From NCBI GenBank assembly GCA_977030845.1, contig OZ365115.1, forward strand, positions 10,354,001-10,418,000: 64,000 bases of DNA, written 5' to 3'. Made by a program: the position numbers and the translations under genes. Under the pieces are notes generated by a model, which was given only the letters and a program-made list of their open reading frames with translations, was not told where the DNA came from and ran no database searches. Shown here piece by piece: positions 41,379 through 53,700 of this stretch (the first letter of the stretch is position 1; every line of letters starts with the position of its first letter). Source of the stretch: Fimbriosthenelais zetlandica. Taxonomy: Eukaryota.

Positions 41379-41561
41379 GAGGCCACACACAGACCCGTAC
41401 AGAGGGAAGGAAGGTCCCTTCATGCTCGCCACCAATCCCCCACCATCCTTCACCATACTGCACGTATAGAAGTACATGTTAATCCCCTATACCTCAATTG
41501 CATGCATCCATCATTAACAAATGCTTATTGTATCGCATAAATCATTAACTAATGCTTACAG

Positions 41562-41645
41562 GTGTGATAGAATCACTGTCAGGTTATACACTTGTGACCG
41601 CAAAACTTGGCAGCGAAACTTTTGGGCGATTTAAATCTGAAGACG
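41562..41645 (+). CDS. Candidate exon (phase 1/1): (G)VIESLSGYTLVTAKLGSETFGRFKSED
   Basis: atgcttacag|GT ... GACG|gtgaga; 84 nt open. Possibly the same gene as 44886-45146, via a 29-nt exon ending at GAG|gtaagt near 41990. Confidence 0.35.
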
Positions 41646-44600
41646 GTGAGAATATGTCAGCATTCTTGTTGCTTTTAGTGAGTTACAATTTTATTGTATA
41701 GTGCAATTACTATACATGTAGGTGTTTTAGTTGTAGAAACAGACATCTGAAAGTGTTATTATCACTGAGCACTATTGACCGTTATCGATTTTTGATGTAA
41801 AACTATTTTATGAATAAGCTCACGGTTTAACATGAGAAGCACAACATAAAAACCCACAGGATAATGTACTTGCCAATGTGTGTATGTCCCCAACCCCCGT
41901 CACCTCGGTAATGTGCATTCTGACCATTCTGAGAACAGGGGTCAGTTTTCATATAGCAAGCTGACAATGTACCTGTCAATTTCTATGAGGTAAGTCACAC
42001 CTGCTTTTCAAAATGGTGTGATCGAATCCAAGCTATGTACTGAATCTCAATGAATGTATTGAAATTCTCCTGGGTAATGCATTGCATGAAAATGTTTTGT
42101 TTGCCTTAAATTTCCTTTTCTTTGTTACCCTTAGGGACTGCTAAGCGAGGAAATTGTTGATAATACTAGATTAGAATTTTAAGGCAATTGCTTCGCTTTC
42201 ACTATAGGATCGCAGTGCACCACCAAATTATCATTTTCCAAATAGCCAGTATACTTTATAAATACATGAAGGATTGTTAATCTGATAGGAGACATATGAA
42301 GGATTCATTGCAATCACTACCTCGTATCTAAACCTAACCATCATATGCTACATTTATTGGTACATAATACATTTTGATAGGGATGTCCTCCCTCTGATAA
42401 TATACAGGCCCAGAGAAATTCAGTGATTGGTTACCATGGAGACATCCACCCACTCTCCCAAACACCATACCCCTCTTATCTCGCCACAATTAGACCCCCA
42501 CCATGCAACCAATGCCAGAAAATGTCAACTAAACACATTAACAACTATAGCACAAACCTACCTTCTCGGTGGATGAACACCCCATAAATGGTCTGTATCC
42601 AACCCTAGAGGACCTTTTTATCGTGCCATCCACCTGCCCATATGACCATTCTAAAGCCTGTCCACAGTTCGCAGCCACCTTGTCCATGCCTGTTCAACCC
42701 ATTAATATAATGAGTGACACACTAGGGGCAACCACTGTCGAACACCACACACAGCTCAACCAGCAATTGCTCGCCTTGCGCCTAATGGATCTCTCAACGG
42801 AATGGTATATATCCTGAAAGGAACGCAGTTTGTCAATGACTAGATATGAAAATCCTTTACTGGTCTGATGTGTCAGTTGTTATATGGGCCGGATTACAGG
42901 TGTTAATCCATGGTTAAATGATGGAGATTGATGACTGTGGATGGAAGGGAAGGGACTTGCCCAGTGCACCATCCATGTCCTCTGATGGCCAGAGCATACA
43001 TATCACTGAGGGAGAGGGAGAGGGAGAGGAGAGGAGGGGCTGGAGGAGGAGGAGGCATGGAGCGGTGGCTTGAGCTTTTCCACCAACCGGCATGGCGCAG
43101 AGAGGGAAGCGGCAACCAGCCAGCCAGCAAGCAGGCAGAGGCAGCACACCTTCTCTCCTTGTTCTCATCCTACCTCCATCATCCTCTCTCCCTCCCTCTC
43201 TCCCTCTTCCTTTCCTCATCCCCCATTGCTTTCTAAAGCTGCAAGAGATTCTGGATTTCCCCCCTTGCTCAGATGGGTGGTTATATGGCTTGCTCTTATA
43301 GCTTGTGGTTAGAGCTTTTTTTAGTTTGGGAAATGCACAGACGTTAAGATGAAATCTAATGGAGGAAAAATGCCGATTAGAAAATTGAAAAGTTGAAGAA
43401 AGCATGAGGAGGTGGGAGAACAGCTATAAATGTGGAATTAGTGAGGCTTATTAGGTTGGAAGTGAGGAGAGGATGTTGGCAAAGGTTAAGGGGGAAATGG
43501 GGAAGGAGAGAGGGGCGCTGAAAAGACAGGACAGAAAAATTCATTATGAATGGATGGAGGAAGAAGTGTGTAAGAAGATAAAATGGTAAAGATAAGAAGG
43601 CGTGACAGTGGGTTAGGGCATGAGAGAGGGAGGTGGTAGTTAGCCCAGGGAAAATTGTGGAATGAAAAGTATTTGAGGATGACATAAATATTTTGAGGAC
43701 CAGTTCTGCCGAAAGTAGGCTATTGCAACTGAAAACAGTATTCAAAGTGGACGACGTTTATGCCTTCGGATGTTTGAAAGTGTTTCTAAGCATGTACAGT
43801 GTACTTCCCCATTAATGTTTTTCACCTTCACTACATGAGAAACCAACTTAAAATCCTTGTAATTAAATCGTTTTCAACCTGTCCTCAAATGCGCTGCCAG
43901 GTGTAGTGTATTGCTTCAGGGGCCAGCATAGCGAGTACGATGATCATCCACTCAGTAATTTGAGTGTTGATGCTACCAGGCATACCACCCAAGTAATGCC
44001 GAAGGTGCAATGCCAATTCATAAACATCAAGCGGTACTAATGGAATGCTACGAAAACTGAAGGAAATAATTATACTCCTATTGTATTTATATGTTAAAAG
44101 CCAAGTCTCATTATTTGGCTAAACTGAAAATGGCACTTCCGATAAGGAAGTGGTTCTGACAACCGTTGCGTGGGGGCGCCACGTGAAGGGGATGCAGGTG
44201 GAGACAGGCGGATATGGTCCTGTCTCCCTTGCCACAGATCAGCTAAAGTTAATTCTGTATCAGCATTTCTCTACACTTAAGACTTCAAAAATCTATAGCT
44301 TCTTTCCTTTAACAATTTCCCAGTTCTCTCCAATCTCTATTCAGATTATCTACAAAGGAAATCCTGACCAGCAAAGTGTTAAGTACTAATGGGTGTTACT
44401 TTAAGTAGATCAGCTGTTCCTCAGATGACAAATGTAGTGTCTTTCATCCCGAAACTGTTGACATGATCTAACGCGAAAGCTGGATGGATTCATGCCTCGT
44501 CCCTTGTTCTAAACTCCCCTTTCCTGCCTTTCAGATCAGCCAACTTAGTGAGGGAACCTATTATCTATGCCACCCTTCCTTGCGGCTGAGCCATTAGCTT

Positions 44601-44885
44601 ATCATTTCAACTGTCCAATGGATCAGCCCATTCAGGTGATCAGCACTTTGTGAACGGGGTTTCGTTCCCTGCAGATCGTATCCTGTCTCCTTCTGATAAG
44701 CGGCAGTCCCCTGCAGATTGGCTCCTGGTGGACAGACTCCAATATAGACTATAAGTCTCTCTAGTGTGAACACCTATTATAATTGATTTGGAACACCCCT
44801 GCCAGAACTTTCGTACCTGTTCAATCATAGGTTATGATTAGCGCGATTGTAAGGTGTCAATGATTTTTAAAAATGCAATAAATAG

Positions 44886-45146
44886 GTGATAACTAACCTC
44901 TGGGAATTCCAACAAATGCACTCTGCTGCCAGGAACACCCACATTCATTCCAGAACCAGACGAGATGCTTATCAAACAAATGAGGAAGCTATAAGGATGC
45001 AACAGCAAGCCGGACGTACTTATCAAAATATGGATCTATTTAGTCACCCGGTACGGAGATACCTATTAAATAGTCAAGGCCCAGATGACTATACTGCAGA
45101 AAACACATGGCTAGTGACATATTCCAGAACTATGCAGCTGATAAGC
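44886..45146 (+). CDS. Candidate internal exon (87 aa) of a secreted/proprotein gene with furin-type site RTRR|D
   Basis: 261 nt open frame (VITNLWEFQQMHSAARNTHIHSRTRRDAYQ...TWLVTYSRTMQLIS) ending at strong donor AGC|gtaagt. Acceptor is either aaatag| (44885) or the internal gctgccag|. Composition is protein-like; family not recognised with certainty. Confidence 0.5.
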
Positions 45147-45483
45147 GTAAGTTGCAAACTGGAAGAACACACTATATGTTAAAATACATGAATGAATCAT
45201 CGGATAAATATTATTTGATACTGTGATTTCAAACAGAATATTATAAAGGGAGTACGGCATGATATAAATCTATACCTGTATAGATTTATACAAATCAACA
45301 TTCAAATCATGTCAGCGGATATAGACAAAACGGATTTTAAAGAAGGCAATCCTGTTCTCATCGATAAATATTGGCGTTTCTTAAACACATGCCTGTAAAA
45401 GGTTAGGGCCATTGGTTGTCTGTCATTGACTTTAGCGACAGAGGGAGAACACTCCTGTTAACCCTTTTGATTTGTACAACAAG

Positions 45484-45570
45484 GCATTCACCACACCGAG
45501 TCTGGTTCCAGGTGGAATTTTAAATAACAGAACTTGTTTTGGTGCTATACATATGGACTATGGAATAGAG
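45484..45570 (+). CDS. Candidate exon (phase 0): AFTTPSLVPGGILNNRTCFGAIHMDYGIE
   Basis: Pyrimidine-rich acceptor ...tttgtacaacaag|GCA, phase-compatible with the 44886-45146 exon. The donor (gtctgc) is weak; the frame could instead run to the stop at 45684. Confidence 0.3.
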
Positions 45571-45799
45571 GTCTGCATGCTATTAAATCTCCATAATATA
45601 GGCTATGATCCCACTGGCGATATTGGTCATGACTATCATGACTATCATGACCATGCCAATACAAATTCACGGCATGTTCCCTGAACAATGTGTCTTTGTG
45701 ACCGCAAATTAGGCCAATTTCTGAAGGATCCTAAATCCCTTTATTCTGGTAGTCCTTGAAGAATTCGAAAGAGGCTTTCATAATACCGCAGTCCCATAG

Positions 45800-46230
45800 G
45801 CGATAATGGGGGTTCATGGGAGTCAGTCCATGACCTGGCTTCTCTTTTGAAAGAAGACTTCAAGAGGAGGCTGACTTAGAAGAAAATGTCCCTTACCTCG
45901 AGTGTAACAATGGATTGGGACTCTGAATGGGATCTGTTGGCGAGGGACTGGCCTACATAAAACCTTAGAAACAGCTGATGAACTTGAGGAATATGCCCCA
46001 TAAAAGGAAAAGATAAACTCCATAATGATAGTCTTGGGCCTCAAAGGGAACCATATGGGAAACCATTTTTAGGCACCTATTCATAACTTTTAGGGAACTA
46101 CTAAAGATGAAATTCCCTCCTTAGCTATAAAAGACTTAGGAATGTCGCCGTCAAGCATGCAGTGGAGAAATTAGACAATTTAGAAACTGCAGATCGTCTG
46201 GCTAAAGTAGCGAGGGAAACTTTTTATTCA
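45800..46230 (+). pseudogene. Degenerate coding remnant (possibly retroelement gag-like)
   Basis: Protein-like segments in shifting frames (SVHDLASLLKEDFKRRL; MDWDSEWDLLARDWP; LETADELEEY; RNVAVKHAVEKLDNLETADRLAKVARETF), separated by stops and frameshifts. Confidence 0.25.
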
Positions 46231-48884
46231 GGTAGTTATTGTAGTGAGCATTAAGTAAGTTCTGGCTAGTTTGTATAATATACAGCTGGGTCGATAGCCT
46301 GCTTGGTCTAGCTGGTGTTTATTACAAGTTAATGCGGTTCAACGTTTGTGAGATCAGCCGCCAATACCAGAGGACATATCAGAGCCCGGCAGCTGGTCAC
46401 TATACCACATCCCTCACTTACACAAGCCTTAACCCCTCACTAACAGTCAGTCTTTCAAACTTGAATCAGTCAACTTAACCCTTCCTTATTGAAAACAGTC
46501 ATGTTTAAAACGCCGAATAGAGTAGGCCTACTTCATAATCTATTACTGTACATGTATACAGAAATCCAACGGTCAAGGGGAAAAGTATGACTGAAGGTCA
46601 TCTGTAAAGGCTTACTAAATGCGACATGCATCATGTAAGAGTTAAACCACCAGAAATTCCCAATACATGTATATACATAAAATGTACACGTTCCAATTTA
46701 TACCTCGATAATTAAAGTTCTACTCAGGTTTATAAGATGAAGATCATGTTTGCCTATTTTTTCAAGACTTGTATAACCTATATGGAAGTACCTTCGGAGG
46801 TAGGCATTTTAAGATGGGCTGCCAGAAGGTGGGCGATAATGGGGAATAATCTATATATTGACGCGCGCCTGGCGTGATATGGTCATCTGGTCCTAACAGA
46901 AACGGAAGTAGACATGAACATTTTAATTTCATTGAAGAATCTGTGGAGAATTTTGTCTTTGTATATTCCAGACATCCTTGTATAATATAAGTTGCCAAAC
47001 ATTCACATATTTCAATACGCAAAGTCTAGCATATGCAACCCTTTGGTGAGCTGTCCATTCACTCGATATGCACCTATCCCTCATTTGCACATGTCTCTTC
47101 ATGTCAGCAACAAAGGAATGGCACTAAGCAGAAGGGAATTGAGATTAGAATAGCAGAAACAATCTAGTCCATTGGGGTTCGGTACATCTCCTATATCGTG
47201 GACCTCATGGATTAGTGCCGAAATGCCTAGGGGCACTAGACTTACCCCTCACCAGATCTCAAGAAATCAATCGAAAATGTATGGCTGACCCTTGTTCCCT
47301 TGACACGAAGAATGTGGAGTCTTTTTAGTGATATGAATTCTTGTCGATAGATAATGTCTTAAATATAATAAATAAATATGTGCGCCGTTTTTGCCTTAAG
47401 AGAATCTAGGCTATCATTGGCTGAGAGTGTGCAGCTGTTAATAAACTGCCTCTCTTGAGACGCCCTCTCTTCTGGTACACTTGTTAAGGGCTCACCGTGG
47501 AACTGTCATGTACAGAATGTAGTCATTGTTAATAGATCAGAAGGTAATGAGGAGCCGAAAGTAATGAAGGACAAGAACTAATGGAGTAAACAGCTCTTCC
47601 GACTTACAAGGCATTATCTCAGCAGGGATAGGCTCGGGAAGCCACATACAGATGAAAAGCAAACAGCGAAAGAACTGCAATTGATGTTCTGGTCATACTA
47701 TAATGATTATAATATTATTCTGTAATCATCGTGGTCTGTACAGTTGGTCTCTATCATGTTCTGCATGGTTCACTTCATTGCAGAGAAAGGAGGAATTCGG
47801 AAAATAAATAATTTTTTCAAGTAAATTCTTTTAAGATGAAAATAGATTTACTGCTTACTTTGTATGATTTAATTGGGATTCTGCTTGTCTCCACTTGAAG
47901 TACTACAATTTATACCAAGACCTAAAGAATGGCAAAGAATTCTTATTAATATTAGACCATTTATCACAAAATGTATATTTATAATTTGATTTATCAGCCA
48001 TGAAGTATTCCCCTGAGGCTGGGATGATAACGACCAAGATTTATTTCAGAGCACCACAACAGCTTTTAATTAATGGTCTACACTAAACTAATCATTGGTA
48101 GCATATTCTGAATTCTTTTTCAGAGAGGAAGATATTTATCTAAAGCTCATATGATGGGTATTAGATTTCTGCATACCAGGAATATATTCATTGTATTAAT
48201 ATTTGCCCAATAATGACGTATGTTTAAAAAGAGATGTTTATAAAATACAACGGGATCAGCATCCTTCTGTGAATATAATACAGACAAAATGAAACAAGCT
48301 ATGATAGAACACGTCATGAACTAAACATCAATGTATATATTGTCTGGGCAAATTAATAAGCCTTTCCACAGACCTATAATACATCATTCATACCCAAGTT
48401 ATTTTTCTATATTCTCTGGTCCCCCAGGGATAGCAAACCATTCACTTCCCTTAGTGATTCTGGTTCTACTTCGAAAATTGTATATGATTGGAGAGAAAGA
48501 TGCTCCCTAGAGGATGCCTAATTTATTCGAGACGACATGTGAAGTCCAGGGATTTTAGGGATGTCCAGCCAAAGCTTTCATTGATTGGGCGTGGGTGGGG
48601 GCCATGTCGGGACATCAGAATGATTGGCAGATGTCTTGCCACAAAAATTACGGTTATTAAAGATGGATGCTTATTCATAATGGAAAGGAGGGAATATCTA
48701 GTCTCTCACAGGGTCACTTTAATGCCTGCTGTTCCCAAGTACATGTACATGCAATATAGAACTACTGAATTTAGGTTGAATAAAATGGTTAACGAAGCAG
48801 ACATCTTCCCTGAATTTTCTAATATTATTTTTAATTCTATAGCAATTCTCTTGAATTTAAAATCTCTTCAAGAGCACCTTTAGT

Positions 48885-48935
48885 CCATAATGACGTCACA
48901 TCACCTTGAACCCGGGTTCAAAATGGAGGACCTCT
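48885..48935. promoter_or_regulatory. CRE plus 16-bp palindrome plus YY1-like motif
   Basis: TGACGTCA 48891-48898; TTGAACCCGGGTTCAA 48906-48921; AAAATGGAGG immediately after. Confidence 0.3.
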
Positions 48936-50559
48936 ATAATAGGTGAATGACCACTGACTAGTCTATAAATTATAGCTCGTCTATATCGATTCTCAGGCCA
49001 CTAACGATCCTAACCATGCTGAGGTCAATGATTACAGTTCGTCTTTCCAATATAAAGACATGTCACATACCCAAATAATGGCAATTATTTAAAATAATAC
49101 AATAACACGTTTTTGACTCAGCAAATAAATAAATGACTTAAAAGGCGATTCAAACGTCTGCGCTAAGCAGATGCGATCAGCACAAGCAGTGTAACATTTC
49201 GGCTGTAAAATAGAAATGCCTTCAGAAATTTCTTGCTGATGGAAACAGAAGAGCTCAGCGCCACCTGTGGCGACGCTAGAGGCTAATCTAGGCAAAGTAT
49301 TGAGCGGAAGTGGCGCAGGGTAGGCTGGGAACACTTGGGATAAGTGTTGTAGGTATTGGACAGGAAAGGCGAGAAGAAGAAAAAGTGAGAGAAGTTGACA
49401 TCTGGCGACCAAAGAAGTACATTAAAGCCCAGGCACACGGATAGATCAGTGGAGGCAGCCCTGGCAGTTTTAAGCAAGAATTTTTTCCTTTCCCGAAAAG
49501 CATCCTCAAGCATATCATTAGACATAAGAATTGTATTTACAGACAAAAGTTTCAAATATTGCTAAAACTTTAAAATACAGGACTAGATGAATACAAACTG
49601 TTATGTACATGTAAAGCTATAAATTTTGGAGTATCGAAAGACACAAGTACTTCATGACAAGTCAGTTCTGACTTAAAACGACCTATACATGTATAGGGCT
49701 CAGTCATCAAGGGCCTGTCATAGCCCGCTCCTCTACAGAGTCATCTCTCCGCAGGTCAGCAACTTTGACCTTGAAAAAGAAAGTCCCTGACCTTGGCTCA
49801 GAGGTGCCATCTGTTTTGAAATGGGAAGATGAATTGCCTTGTTATCGATGTGGGAGGGCGTGTTCATATGGAAGGGAAGATCTAAAGACAGGAAAAGTCC
49901 CAGCTTCATGCAGTTGGCGATAGGAAGCCTTTTTCAAAACGATTCCATCTCTTACTTCCTTATACCCAGCCCAACGAGTACCCTCCAGGCAAGAAGAGGA
50001 AGACATTAATATTGTATGCCCAAGTATTATGTGCGCGTCCTTCAAAAACCATCTTAAGATTCAAATCAGGAAGGTAATGCATAATGTAGACCTATCTCCT
50101 TTTCACTGACATTCTTTGACCTATATCTTGAAATAGAGCGTTTCTTTCATGAGTCCATGACATTTTTTTAGACTATGAATCCATTTTGTGTAACATAAGG
50201 TATATATTTTATTTTAAAATATTTTCATTCTTTCCTTCCGCAAATATTTAATCCGCTTGCTCGCAAAAATCGATCTGCGAAAATGGTCGAAGTATGGAAA
50301 GAATAATGTCATTACGTGATGTTGAAGTCCAAGTCCAAATGTATTACCCCCCGAACCCTAGTATCTACATGGAAAAAACATTTCAAGGGAGATCATCTAA
50401 TCGATTGCTCGATTCTACATTTAGAAACAGGAACACAGATTTTATGATGTGCAGGTCAGAGAGCAACGTCTATGTCAATTTTCAGTATATTTTTATCCAC
50501 CTGCCAGAGCACCATTCACCATAACAAACCCATCATTTTGATTAGCCTGCAGTCCAGCA

Positions 50560-50770
50560 ATGTCCGATCACGCGCATATCACGTGAATGCCATAACCTGT
50601 GCAGATCATGGGGTGAGAATCTTGTAAATCGATCAACCTGAAGCCGAAATCTCTGAGACGTGTCACGAGACTCGCGAGCGCATGCCTGTTCTCGCGAGAC
50701 TTCAAAGCTCATTGAATGATGGGAAAACAAACGGGAAACGACCCGTAAGGCACGTTTATCCCACAAGACG
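50560..50770. promoter_or_regulatory. Promoter-like cluster with TCTCGCGAGA (BANP/CGCG element) and NRF1-like motif
   Basis: TCTCGCGAGA 50690-50699; ACTCGCGAGC 50670-50679; GCGCATGC 50678-50685; CACGTG near 50580; CpG-dense. Confidence 0.45.
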
Positions 50771-53700
50771 TCTAAAAAGGCTTTTCTAATGGCATCGCAT
50801 TGGAGGACATGCTACAGTTTCATCAGCAAAGAAGGAATAAAGCATTTAAAATGAAATGTATTGATTTTTCTCTGCAGGCAAGAGCAAGCTGTGTAAAATA
50901 TTTGAAAATGCCATATGTGATAAAAAAGGGTTTATAATATTTTCCATAATAATGATTAAATTGTGATCACAGGTTTGATTGAATTTCCACGGTCCTTCGT
51001 TATTCGGGTACAGAGATGAATAAATGAGAGTGAATACATTGCTGGTTAACGAGGGGGGATGTATGGGTCAACGAAATGAGGGATGGATTGTTTGAATGTA
51101 ATGGATGGCGAGTGTGAGGAGGGTGGGTTATAGGGTTCAATGTAATGGATGATGGATCAGATATGCATGGTCAGGTAAGTTGTTGACCAGGCACCTGGGA
51201 GAGCATTAAGGTGCTTTAGTTGGCAGAGATTCCAAATATATACTGAGACAAAGAAAGTCTCAATTCAACATTTCACATCCTAAAATACAACCATCGAGGA
51301 AGCTCTATATTTGTAGGCCAGAAGAAGGAAAAGGAATCAATTGTAATGTAGCAGGGTGAAATATAACATAGCCATCATCATTATGGGACCATTTTCTGAG
51401 ATGTCTTAAGGTAGCGCAGGCGATATATCCACATTTTCTAAATGTCAAAAAAGGTATCCATAGAGAATCTAGGACAGGAAAAAATGTCATCTGATGACAG
51501 ATAACCCAAAGGTGATCCACGATTGCCTCACGACCTATATCAAACACCACACTTCTGTCATCCTACAATCATATAAGATCATATAAAGCCCGCTTTCTGG
51601 CCACCTACGCTCACCGCTCTCCCTAAAGCCCTCACTGATTGACCCTGTATCTATACAAGGCTTTCAGGTCCTCTGCTTCCACTAAAATCCTCTGATATTG
51701 ACTCCATGGATCTGCCATGCACTAGATAGTTTGTGGTGCAATCTACAGGGCCTTGTAGACAGAGCCGTCTACATTATGTGTGGCTCAACAGCACTGGCGT
51801 GAGAACAGGACCGAATATGACATAATTAATGTGTGTTGTAACATTTGTTCAAACCATTAATGATAGGCATATGAAAATTAACCCATACATTAAAATAATT
51901 TAATATGCGTATTTGCGAACATTATGCGCATTGTATGCGAAAATATATGTTCATTGTACTCACTGCACGTTTTGGTATATCAGCAAAATCCCAATGGCTT
52001 TCATCTGAAAGACCAACCAGGGATTTTTATCAAAGAAACTTTGTGGTTTGGGCAATTTTACTTACACTTGTCCGGAGACAAATTGTCGACTGCTAAACCA
52101 AAGCATCCAAGCAAGCATTCTACCACCATCTAGTGGGTAGATCAAGGTCTAGAGGAGGGGATCAACAGCAGAAGCGTTTTAGGGGTAATCAGATCGCATA
52201 ACAGGGCGAGGCAAGGGCAAATATTTGTCTCCGGCTTGGTGGGAAGTCCATGCGATTAGAAAAGGCGGGAAAAGAGATGAAAAGAGCAGACGACAGCTGA
52301 GAAAGGCAGGCGTTCAACCACTGACACTCTAGACTGAGTCTCTATGCATGGGGTGGGAAGTGGGGAGAGAGGAGAAGCTGCTTTAAAAAGAGAAGCTGGT
52401 GCTAGGGTGACAATAATAGATGGAATTAGCTGAATATGAGCTCTTGCTTGTTTACCATGGTACTTGTGCAGCCGAATGATGAATCATAGGAGTCAGACAT
52501 GCTTGCTGTCTCATCGAGTTTTTATATCGACCCTAATGAAGGTGATTACTTGGCCAATGTCTGGACCCTTTAGAGACCCTTAGTATCAAATTTCTGCCCA
52601 CCAATTTCAGACTTGAAAGACCATCATCTAGGAAAGGAAAGGAATCTCAATGAAAAAAAAACCTCAGGATCATCTTAATTTATAATTTTGGATCTAATTT
52701 ATCCATCAAATTGAACATTTGGAACCAGATGCGTTTAATTAATCAAGTTATGGAACATTTCAATACTATACTATATAGCGTGGTCGTGGTTCTTAGATGC
52801 AATGTCACCTTGTAGCAACTGTGCATGCCGCATTAAACAGAGGGACTGTCCAAAGTGACCAGAGCACCATATTGCTCTGAACACAGTCGACTCCGTTTAG
52901 AGCTTTCCTATCACAAGCCATTGGCGGATCTTACCCAAATACACTGTGCTTTTACTTTCAGCTGCCCATAAATTGACTTTAAATTGATGGGATTATTCAT
53001 GACTGATTAATGCAGACTGGAAACTTTTGACTAATGAAAGTTATATTGTCATAATATCCATCAGTAAGCCGATGCTCATCCAATGGAAAAATGCTGGGGT
53101 GTCTCCTAGGATAAAATCTTTTAGGGCTACTTTGCTCGCTTGCACATTCTGTTCACTGAAAGTACCTTTCACGTGAGAAGAAGCTAAAAGCCTCTATATG
53201 CAACAAACTGCTCCTTGTGATTTAAGCAAGTGCTCATCCAGGAACCCAAACCCTGACCTTGTTTCTATTTATAGACAGAAATCAGGCTGACCTTTCTGTA
53301 TCACACATTGGAGAAAATGCTGTTTCCTAAAGGGTGCTAAGTGCATTAACCTAATTATTCCCTCCCTCATATACAAGTATAAGGTGGCAAGTAAAGGTGT
53401 GCAGCATCTACTCAGGTCTCCCTGGGAGGACATAGTGGGATTATCACCGTTTAGTGTGTATACATGAATGTATAATGCATTCTGCATGTGTCAGGGAATG
53501 CCCTTACTCCTGTAACAGATTATGTATAATCTTTAGATGAGCCTGAATCATCTCAGATTACACAAAAGAAAAAATGTTAATTTCCTATTATTACACTCAA
53601 AATATTTTATTTTTTAAGACTTAGGGATGGCCATATATTGACTCATTGGATATTTCGGGTCATTTATGCATTGGAAGAATTTGAGAGACATATTTATAAT

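Noticed and set aside
40739-41540. 97-120 aa ORFs
   Set aside because: Low-complexity tract and tandem duplication; biased compositions on both strands.
42914-43745. Several 70-163 aa ORFs on both strands
   Set aside because: Artefacts of low-complexity purine/pyrimidine sequence.
44415-44465. CAGATGA...CCGAAACTGTTG, resembling a Penelope hammerhead
   Set aside because: The core is mutated (CAGAUGA), stem II does not close properly, and no GIY-YIG/RT is adjacent.
49283-49555. GPCR TM6-like string (RERKK...VCLGFNVLLWSP)
   Set aside because: No TM7 NPxxY or upstream helices; the resemblance is too short.
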